This document shows positions 7,736-13,509 of a stretch of 13,509 bases of DNA, piece by piece. The stretch comes from Promethearchaeota archaeon (lineage in GTDB: Archaea; Asgardarchaeota; Thorarchaeia; Thorarchaeales; Thorarchaeaceae): contig JBHLPF010000058.1 in NCBI GenBank assembly GCA_048939765.1, positions 1-13,509 on the forward strand, written 5' to 3'. Under the pieces are notes generated by a model. The model was not told where the DNA came from, did no database searches, and worked only from the letters and a program-made list of their open reading frames with translations. Position numbers and translations under genes: made by a program. Numbering within the stretch: position 1 is the stretch's first letter; every line of letters begins with the position of its first letter.

Positions 7736-7825
7736 ATGCGAGCTATGAAGTATGTATTGGCACTATTATTGGGATTGTTGATGTTTTTCTTCTTCCTGGC
7801 ACTCTACCTCTCAGGACTTCTTTAA
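7736..7825 (+). CDS. Small single-pass membrane protein (29 aa, MRAMKYVLALLLGLLMFFFFLALYLSGLL)
   Basis: Below the ORF-track cutoff. AGGTGA SD (7724-7729) contains the copy-5 stop and lies 6 nt before ATG 7736. In-frame ATGs also occur at 7730 and 7745. A basic N-terminus is followed by 24 uncharged, mostly hydrophobic residues. It fills the gap to the convergent gene ending at 7829. Confidence 0.6.
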   Translation: MRAMKYVLALLLGLLMFFFFLALYLSGLL

Positions 7826-7828
7826 CAC

Positions 7829-8380
7829 TCAGTAGGTAAAGCCGAGAGGAACCGGGGGAGTAGTGATTAGTGCTTCTCCGTTGTCCCAGACGACGTGGAC
7901 TCTGGCATATAGATCAATGCCCTCCTCAAGGTCAGGGGAGTATATTGTTTCACGGTCGTTAGTAAACTGAATGAGATGCGAGCTGTTTGAGGGCACGGTG
8001 AACTCGTCGAAACAACAGGTAAGGCCTGGCTGAATCTTGAATGTGTGTAGGACGTTTCTACTGCCGCCAAAATAGACTGTGACAACGCGGACATCCAGCC
8101 CAAACACAGTTGTATTGGCGTGATTAGTCGCATTTATGCGGATCACTAGATAGAATGGAGGGCCCTCAGGAGGAATTTCAGGCATGAAATCTTGCCAAAA
8201 GTAAGCAGTAGCAGTTAGCTCGAGATTATCTACAATCACAGGTTCAACAGCCTGTGAAGGGGGTTCGTCTGGAGGCGCTACAGGAGGAATGAAGTCAGAG
8301 AGAAAGACAATGCTGCCTGCAACAAGCACCACTAGTACTACGATAAATGCAGACTCACCACGTGACGGTTTCATCATCAT
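7829..8380 (-). CDS. Hypothetical membrane-anchored/exported protein (N-terminal TM, Pro-rich linker, beta-rich domain)
   Basis: AFIVVLVVLVAGSIVFL anchor, then PPVAPPDEPP linker, then alternating beta-strand-like segments (FWQDFMP..PP.GPP, LVIRINATN). The start is probably one of the tandem ATGs at 8380/8377/8374; the track's start is 8401. Confidence 0.75.
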   Translation of the reverse strand: MMMKPSRGESAFIVVLVVLVAGSIVFLSDFIPPVAPPDEPPSQAVEPVIVDNLELTATAYFWQDFMPEIPPEGPPFYLVIRINATNHANTTVFGLDVRVVTVYFGGSRNVLHTFKIQPGLTCCFDEFTVPSNSSHLIQFTNDRETIYSPDLEEGIDLYARVHVVWDNGEALITTPPVPLGFTY

Positions 8381-8432
8381 CTCAAACAATATCGGTTTCA
8401 AAAGGTATTGACCCTTCCGAAATAGCAGCTAA

Positions 8433-9269
8433 TTACAGACTGATGTGAAGACTATCAGTGATTCTGACGAAGTTGAGAAGACTTTTCTCAGCTGCTTCAC
8501 GTGGGCGGACTTCAAAGACATAGAGTGCAGGTTTCTCCAATCCAGCCAGAAGACGCAGCGGACGCTCAAAGTATATCGAGCCATCTCCGACTATTTGATG
8601 CTCGCCGTATAGGTCGCTTCGATCATGGACATGAACGACTTCTATGGCATCTTTGTGTCTCTCAAAAACAGCCCAGTCATCTTCGTCAAGCTTGGGCGCG
8701 TAGAGTTTTGGGATATCAAGGCAAAGCTTCAGGCCTCTTGGAACCATTTTGTCGATTGCTTTGCGTACTATTGGATTCCAAAATGAGTTTTCTAGAACGA
8801 TATTCGCATGAACTCTGGAGTGAGTGATAAGGGCGTCTAGGGTATCACATAATGTTTGGAGATATAGGTCAGAATGATTCTCAGTGAAATCACATTTCCT
8901 GGCTTTCGCCTGCTTGAATGAGGGAGGAGTTCCTGCGTGGAGAACAATGTTGGTTCGGGTCTTGCTCAAGTCACGTGCAAAGTCAATTATGTCTCGGAAG
9001 TACTCAAGAATCGCATTTCTGATGGTCGGGTAGGTGCATAGTAGGTTCACGTCATCCCCCGGCGCATGAAAGCCCCATTCAATTCCTAGTTCATGTGACC
9101 TCTGACGCAGCTGCATTCGTTCATAAAACGCGACCTTCTCAGGAGATAGTTCCGGTACACCAAAATCAGGCACAATTCCATTCCAGACTGTTCCCGACGC
9201 ATAGTCTAAAGCCTCATGTAGAGATGTATTGTAGACCATATGGTAAGCGCGCCTTTGGGGGAGTGGCAT
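8433..9269 (-). CDS. Sugar phosphate isomerase/epimerase family protein (xylose-isomerase-like/AP-endonuclease-2 TIM barrel)
   Basis: Motifs HAP..D.NL, VLHAG, VLEN, CLD, HVHD, H...G.G.I and FE occur in the order expected for the family. Confidence 0.85.
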   Translation of the reverse strand: MPLPQRRAYHMVYNTSLHEALDYASGTVWNGIVPDFGVPELSPEKVAFYERMQLRQRSHELGIEWGFHAPGDDVNLLCTYPTIRNAILEYFRDIIDFARDLSKTRTNIVLHAGTPPSFKQAKARKCDFTENHSDLYLQTLCDTLDALITHSRVHANIVLENSFWNPIVRKAIDKMVPRGLKLCLDIPKLYAPKLDEDDWAVFERHKDAIEVVHVHDRSDLYGEHQIVGDGSIYFERPLRLLAGLEKPALYVFEVRPREAAEKSLLNFVRITDSLHISL

Positions 9270-9319
9270 ATTAGGACTGAGAGAACCAGTTCTTATGAGA
9301 GTGTTTGGTTTCTACACAC

Positions 9320-9688
9320 CTACATCTTTGTGCTGCGCCATTGAGTAAGGAGGTCTTCTGAGTTGACTTTGAAGTAGGGATGGCCGACATCGGAAACTCC
9401 GAGATCGCATTTTCCATTTTCAATGCCCGATAGCTCAAAGAAGGCAACGCCGTCTTTCTCGGTCGACTCATTCACTGTGAATAGCTCACCTGATGGGAGT
9501 CGTACCATGAGATTTACTTCAGCCATGTCAATAGGTCTCTTGAGCCTATCAACAATACGGACAGCAACTCGGATTCTGCTCGACGATGGAGAATAGAGCT
9601 TCAGTAGATCAACTGATTCAACGTACATGGTGTCTTTGAATGGCGTACTTTCAGACTCCGCGGCAGCGTCACGCTTCTGATTGCTCAT
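9320..9688 (-). CDS. Stand-alone Ig-like beta-sandwich domain protein (122 aa)
   Basis: The pattern VRIVD...PI..AEV.L.V..PSG.......TEKDGVAFF......GK....V resembles Big_1/carboxypeptidase-regulatory-like Ig folds. No signal peptide or TM. GAGG upstream. Confidence 0.65.
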   Translation of the reverse strand: MSNQKRDAAAESESTPFKDTMYVESVDLLKLYSPSSSRIRVAVRIVDRLKRPIDMAEVNLMVRLPSGELFTVNESTEKDGVAFFELSGIENGKCDLGVSDVGHPYFKVNSEDLLTQWRSTKM

Positions 9689-9736
9689 CCCAGTCTGCCT
9701 CAGCGGAGAAACCTCTCCAACTTGAAACCTTGATGA

Positions 9737-9754
9737 GTTATAATATAACCTTTG
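9737..9754 (-). promoter_or_regulatory. Probable BRE+TATA promoter for the 9688 gene and downstream genes
   Basis: The minus strand reads CAAAG-GTTATATTATAAC, about 50 nt upstream of ATG 9688. GTTATA-A-TATAAC (9737-9749) is dyad-symmetric. Confidence 0.5.
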
Positions 9755-9882
9755 TTTAGTTTTCTACCACAGTTTGGTGGTTTTTACTAGAAATGCTTCT
9801 TTGCAGAGACTCGTAATCGAATGTGATTTTCTGTTGAGGGTGAAGGATTGAAGTGATTGCCATTATGGTATATCTCTGATGT

Positions 9883-10602
9883 CTAGTCACGAAGAATTGC
9901 ATCATTTTTGCCCTTCACAGCTAGATGTATTGCTGCCAGTCCAAGTGTCATTTGTTGGGATACTACTCTGGAAAAACCTGCATCACGAAGAATTGTTTCT
10001 AGCTCCTCCACATGATAGAATCGCAGGACTGTATAGGATAGATATGCATAGCCTGCCCTTGATCCAGATATCAGACTCCCGAGTGATTTGACAGTGAGTC
10101 GAACATATAGATGGAATAGCCAGCGTACTAAGCGAGATTGAGGCTGACTCGTTTCTAGGTTGAGGAAGCGTCCACCTGGTCGCAACACACGTCTGAACTC
10201 CCGGAGATATTCCAAGAGCGACTCTCTGTTCTTGTTGATATTGCGTGTGGCAAAGGAGATTGTGACTAAGTCAAACGAATTGTCGGGATACGGGAGTCGT
10301 TTGACATCAGCGAGTGTCATTTCAATTCTCGACGCTTCATGCTTACTTGCAGCCATGCGTGTCATTGGAAGTGAGAAGTCTGCTGTAATGACATCAGCAA
10401 TACCTTTCGATGCTCTCTGAAGATATGCAGCTGTTTCACCTGTACCACTGCAGACATCAAGCCATCTGGAGCCACCGCCTCTAACTGCAATACGCGCCGC
10501 CTTTCTACGCCAAAGCACATCGAAGCCGAATGTCAGGATGTGGTTGATGAGCTCATAGGTATGGGATACTTGGGAAAAGATGCGTTGGACTCCCTTGCTC
10601 AT
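9883..10602 (-). CDS. ubiE: Ubiquinone/menaquinone biosynthesis C-methyltransferase, UbiE/MenG family
   Basis: F..VS..YELINHILTFGFD..WRR N-terminal motif, SAM motif I LDVCSGTG, DFS..M, LPYPDNSFDLVTISFATRN, RVLRPGG, LE.SQP, YAYLS.TV..F. Confidence 0.88.
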   Translation of the reverse strand: MSKGVQRIFSQVSHTYELINHILTFGFDVLWRRKAARIAVRGGGSRWLDVCSGTGETAAYLQRASKGIADVITADFSLPMTRMAASKHEASRIEMTLADVKRLPYPDNSFDLVTISFATRNINKNRESLLEYLREFRRVLRPGGRFLNLETSQPQSRLVRWLFHLYVRLTVKSLGSLISGSRAGYAYLSYTVLRFYHVEELETILRDAGFSRVVSQQMTLGLAAIHLAVKGKNDAILRD

Positions 10603-10717
10603 TTCAGTTCTGCAACTCAGTTGTGATGGTGGGATGGTGAAACAGGGGCTCTAGATGAACCTACTGATAGAACGAATCATGGGGATGTGGTTAACGCCTC
10701 GATGTTCAACGCGGCTG

Positions 10718-11086
10718 TCAACACTTGCTGCAATCGCCTGTCTTCATCACGATTATTTTTGCGTCTTCAGCTATGTCTCCAAATACCTGATTGAAATAGC
10801 GTGCGGCTTCGATATAGCCTGCTATACCAGCTTCCGTCAATCTATAGACTCTCTGACGCCCTTCCTTTTCACTCTTGACAGTACCCCGATCCTCTAGATC
10901 TTTGAGAGCTGGATAGATAGTGCCTGGCGTGGGCTTTGTTCCTCGCCGCATAGCAATCTGTTCTGCAATCTGCTGCCCATTCAGTGGACCGTTTCGAAGC
11001 TCCCATAAAATCTGGAATGTGAGCATACCTCGCATATCACAGCAGTCTGGAGGGCAGCATTGCTCATTCTCACTATCCTCTGTCAC
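10718..11086 (-). CDS. PadR-family winged-helix regulator with Cys-rich termini (~122 aa)
   Basis: MRGMLTFQILWEL...PLNGQQIA...PTPGTIYPALKDLE..G.V......RQRVYRLTEAG is a PadR signature. The track's start (11242) overlaps arsM and the promoter. The likely start is GTG 11086, about 25 nt downstream of TTTAAA (11111-11116), implying a leaderless transcript. Confidence 0.9.
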   Translation of the reverse strand: MTEDSENEQCCPPDCCDMRGMLTFQILWELRNGPLNGQQIAEQIAMRRGTKPTPGTIYPALKDLEDRGTVKSEKEGRQRVYRLTEAGIAGYIEAARYFNQVFGDIAEDAKIIVMKTGDCSKC

Positions 11087-11092
11087 ATATAA

Positions 11093-11164
11093 TATCGGGT
11101 GTCCGATACATTTAAATGTATATGTAGGACGCCCGATATACTGTAGTGTATTGGACATCCAATA
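11093..11164. promoter_or_regulatory. Divergent padR/arsM promoter with three 16-bp palindromic operator copies and a palindromic TATA element
   Basis: TATCGGGTGTCCGATA (11093-11108), TGTAGGACGCCCGATA (11123-11138), TATTGGACATCCAATA (11149-11164). ATACATTTAAATGTAT is a perfect 16-bp palindrome at 11106-11121. Confidence 0.8.
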
Positions 11165-11177
11165 AAAGGTGAAAGTC

Positions 11178-11978
11178 TTGACAGAGATGAAGAAAGTCAG
11201 TGAGATGTCATCGGAAGAGATCAAAGATGCCGTAAAGGACACTTATTCCAAGGTTGCTCAACCAGCGGCTAGTAGCTGCTGTGGTCCAACTGAAACGGAA
11301 CAAGCAGCCTCTGATTGCAGAACAGCCGAATGTGCTCCTCCTGGTAATATACGAACATCCTATGCAGAATCCCTTGGCTATTCAGTGAAAGACATGCCAG
11401 AGTCAGCGACAGAGTCGTTTGCAGGATGTGGTAATCCCGTAGCCATCGCTAGCCTCAAAGAAGGAGAAGTAGTCCTAGACTTGGGGAGTGGAGCTGGACT
11501 AGACATGTTCCATGCCGCAAGGAAGGTTGGCGATACCGGTCGAGTGATAGGTGTCGATATGACTCCAGCGATGATCGAGAAAGCGAAGCTTGGAGCAGAG
11601 GAGCTGGGGCTTGAGAATGTCGAGTTCAGATTGGGTGACATAGAAGACCTGCCAGTGGAGGACAGCTCTATAGATGTCGTCATCAGCAATTGTGTCATCA
11701 ACCTCGCACCTGACAAAGGCCAAGTGTTCCGTGAGGCGTACAGAGTCCTTCGACCAGGCGGAAGAGTCATGGTTTCTGACATAGTTCTTGAAGCCAATTT
11801 GCCGGAAAAGGTCCGTGACGAGATAGCCAACTATACAGGTTGTCTTGGGGGTGCCATTCTCGAGGAGGAGTATCTCCAGCATATGCGCGATGCAGGATTC
11901 GAGGGAGTGGAAGTCGTCAGCAAGACTGGTTTCGGTCGATCATCCAGTGCAAAGATTGCGGCATACAAACCCAAGTAA
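11178..11978 (+). CDS. arsM: Arsenite S-adenosylmethionine methyltransferase
   Basis: IKDAVKDTY..VA, SSCCG, GCGNP.AIA.LKEGEVVLDLGSGAGLD, IGVDMTPAM, DVVISNCVINL.PDK, RVLRPGG...SD, GCLGGA. The catalytic Cys positions of ArsM are present. The start is probably TTG 11178 after AGGTGA (11167-11172); GTG 11169 and ATG 11187 are alternatives. Confidence 0.93.
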   Translation: MTEMKKVSEMSSEEIKDAVKDTYSKVAQPAASSCCGPTETEQAASDCRTAECAPPGNIRTSYAESLGYSVKDMPESATESFAGCGNPVAIASLKEGEVVLDLGSGAGLDMFHAARKVGDTGRVIGVDMTPAMIEKAKLGAEELGLENVEFRLGDIEDLPVEDSSIDVVISNCVINLAPDKGQVFREAYRVLRPGGRVMVSDIVLEANLPEKVRDEIANYTGCLGGAILEEEYLQHMRDAGFEGVEVVSKTGFGRSSSAKIAAYKPK

Positions 11979-11986
11979 GAAAAAAC

Positions 11987-12142
11987 ATGAGATGTGATGA
12001 AGTCACTTCAAGCAGCAATTGCTGTGCAGATTTCGATTCAGACAGTACAACATCCAATATGGCAAATTGCATGGCAACAGCGTCGCCTTGTCGGCATTGT
12101 GATGACTTTGATCTGTTAGAAGTCGGGCTTTGCGTCATCTAG
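11987..12142 (+). CDS. Possible Cys/Asp/Ser-rich small protein (51 aa)
   Basis: ATG lies 8 nt after the arsM stop. MRCDEVTSSSNCCADFDSDSTTSNMANCMATASPCRHCDDFDLLEVGLCVI has 7 Cys including CC and CxxC. There is no clear SD, so it may be non-coding. Confidence 0.3.
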   Translation: MRCDEVTSSSNCCADFDSDSTTSNMANCMATASPCRHCDDFDLLEVGLCVI

Positions 12143-12241
12143 AATATAGCAGGCATAGGTGAACTGCCTCCTGCAATAGCTAATCGTCCTTTGCAAAGCT
12201 CTGCAGAGTTGCGTTCCCTTTTGAGAAATTGAGTACTGTTG

Positions 12242-13456
12242 CTACTCTGAACTGACAAACTCCACAGCATCGTCGTCACAGATTACAGCACACAGCCCAC
12301 AGCCATCACACTTCTCTGGATTAACAACTGCCTTGCCCTCTCGCATCTGAATTGCTAGATATCCTCCGTCTGCACACGCAATAACGCATTTCTTGCATCC
12401 AGTGCATTTGTCCGAAATCACAGACGCTGTAACTGGTGAAAGCTTGCTAAGGGCCTCCCATGTAGTTATCTTGGGCAAGGCTTTGCCGACAACCTCATCG
12501 ATACTGGCATAACCCTTACGTTCCATGAAGGAATCTAACCCCACTGTCATGTCCTTGATGATGCCAAATCCGTACCACATGGCTGCTGTGCACACCTGCA
12601 GTGTCTTTGCACCTGCCATTAGATACTCAGTAGCGCTTCTCCAGTCTTCAATTCCTCCGATTCCAGAGATTGGAGTTTCAGGCAAGGCACGAGCAATCTG
12701 AGAAACGAACCGAAGACCTATTGGTCGCACAGCAGGACCGCAGAAGCCGCCATATGTGCTGAGCTGCTCCTCCAGATTCGGTCCATAGGCAATAGGCATT
12801 GGTGTTGCAGTTTCAACATCGATTCCTATGAGAGACTCTATGGTGTTGATGGCAGATAGCGCATCGGCTCCCCCTCTCACAGCGGCCCCCGCTATTGGAA
12901 TCATATCTGTGACATTGGGAGTGAGCTTCACTAGCAATGGGAGATCGGTCCCTTTTCTTGCCCCCTTGGTCACGGCCTCGACGAGTTCGGGATTTTGCCC
13001 TATAAAAGCGCCCATATGCTTCTCAGGAGAACCGTGTGGACAAGACACGTTCAGTTCAATTGCATCCACCCCCGTCTGAGTCATCGTTTCTGCAAGTTTC
13101 GTCCATCCATCAGGATCAGGGCTGCTCATGATGCTCGAGATAAGCACAAAATCCTCTGGAGCCTCTCGCTTGAGTTTGGGAATCCACTCATCAGTCCAAG
13201 TCGACAGAGATTTTCGAGATAAGAGTTCTATGTTGTTCATTCCGATTGGAGAGCCTTCTCTTCTTAGCACACCCAGTCTTGTGCGTGGATCTACCGTTGG
13301 TTCCTCTGTGACTGTCTTGAAGACCGCACCGCCCCACCCGAGCTTTGCTGCTCGAAGCATATGCCGTGCATCCATTGTAGGAGGAGCCGATGAAAGCATG
13401 AATGGATTCTTGAAACTGATTCCTGCAAACTCTAAAGAAAGCCTATCTGTGGACAT
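12242..13456 (-). CDS. preA: NAD-dependent dihydropyrimidine dehydrogenase subunit PreA (DHOD-like FMN barrel + 2x[4Fe-4S])
   Basis: NPFMLSSAPPT, GWGGAVFKT, GMNNIEL, ELNVSCPHG (catalytic Cys), VKLTPNVT, AINT, GG..GPAVRPI, SGIGGI..W, QVCTA.M..GF. Two C-terminal CxxCxxCxxxC motifs. GGAGG SD at 13467-13471. Confidence 0.92.
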   Translation of the reverse strand: MSTDRLSLEFAGISFKNPFMLSSAPPTMDARHMLRAAKLGWGGAVFKTVTEEPTVDPRTRLGVLRREGSPIGMNNIELLSRKSLSTWTDEWIPKLKREAPEDFVLISSIMSSPDPDGWTKLAETMTQTGVDAIELNVSCPHGSPEKHMGAFIGQNPELVEAVTKGARKGTDLPLLVKLTPNVTDMIPIAGAAVRGGADALSAINTIESLIGIDVETATPMPIAYGPNLEEQLSTYGGFCGPAVRPIGLRFVSQIARALPETPISGIGGIEDWRSATEYLMAGAKTLQVCTAAMWYGFGIIKDMTVGLDSFMERKGYASIDEVVGKALPKITTWEALSKLSPVTASVISDKCTGCKKCVIACADGGYLAIQMREGKAVVNPEKCDGCGLCAVICDDDAVEFVSSE

Positions 13457-13509
13457 CTCTCTGAATCCTCCAACACTGAGGCTGTAGACAGCCCTCCCCT
13501 AAAGTCTTT

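Noticed and set aside
9271-9471. 66-aa minus-strand ORF ending just before the TIM-barrel gene
   Set aside because: It mostly overlaps the better-supported 9320-9688 ORF in another frame and has no recognisable motif.
9761-9793. ACCAC-N6-GTGGT hairpin followed by a T run, resembling a terminator
   Set aside because: The stem is weak and oriented for a plus-strand transcript, while both flanking genes are on the minus strand.
10706-10723. PadR ends TGT-TGA (Cys-stop), raising a Cys-Sec read-through idea
   Set aside because: A second TGA follows four codons later, no convincing SECIS was recognised, and TGA is a common stop throughout this window.
11087-11242. 52-aa N-terminal extension of the PadR ORF in the track
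   Set aside because: It runs through the operator/TATA region and overlaps arsM on the opposite strand. It is not PadR-like.
11917-12138. 73-aa minus-strand ORF downstream of preA
   Set aside because: It overlaps the arsM 3' end, has no SD at the right spacing and shows no motif.
12828-13487. Plus-strand ORFs inside preA, and similar antisense ORFs inside ubiE, arsM, padR and the bPH genes
   Set aside because: They are fully antisense to confidently identified genes and have no independent coding signals.

Overview
This looks like an archaeal chromosomal window: GGAGG/GGTGA ribosome-binding sites, BRE+TATA promoters and archaeal-type gene families. An Asgard (Thorarchaeia-like) origin is plausible but cannot be shown from this window. 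The left half is a divergent locus. On the minus strand is an ABC exporter operon (ATPase, ~560-aa permease, then a closely paralogous ATPase running off the left edge). On the plus strand is an HTH + Cys-cluster regulator followed by five tandem paralogous membrane proteins, each with 2 TM helices, a bacterial-PH (bPH_2/YdbS-like) domain and a C-terminal amphipathic helix, and then an unannotated 29-aa single-TM microprotein. The middle is a minus-strand run: membrane-anchored hypothetical, TIM-barrel sugar-phosphate isomerase/epimerase-family protein, stand-alone Ig-like protein and UbiE/MenG methyltransferase. On the right, a PadR-family regulator with an N-terminal CCPPDCC and C-terminal CxxC motif is divergent from arsM, with three copies of a 16-bp palindromic operator between them. 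A possible Cys-rich 51-aa peptide follows arsM, and preA (dihydropyrimidine dehydrogenase subunit) converges on it. The best candidates for undescribed systems are the five-paralog bPH membrane complex with microprotein, regulator and ABC exporter, and the PadR-type (not ArsR-type) Cys-rich putative arsenic sensor controlling arsM. All family assignments come from motif recognition by eye; no searches were run.
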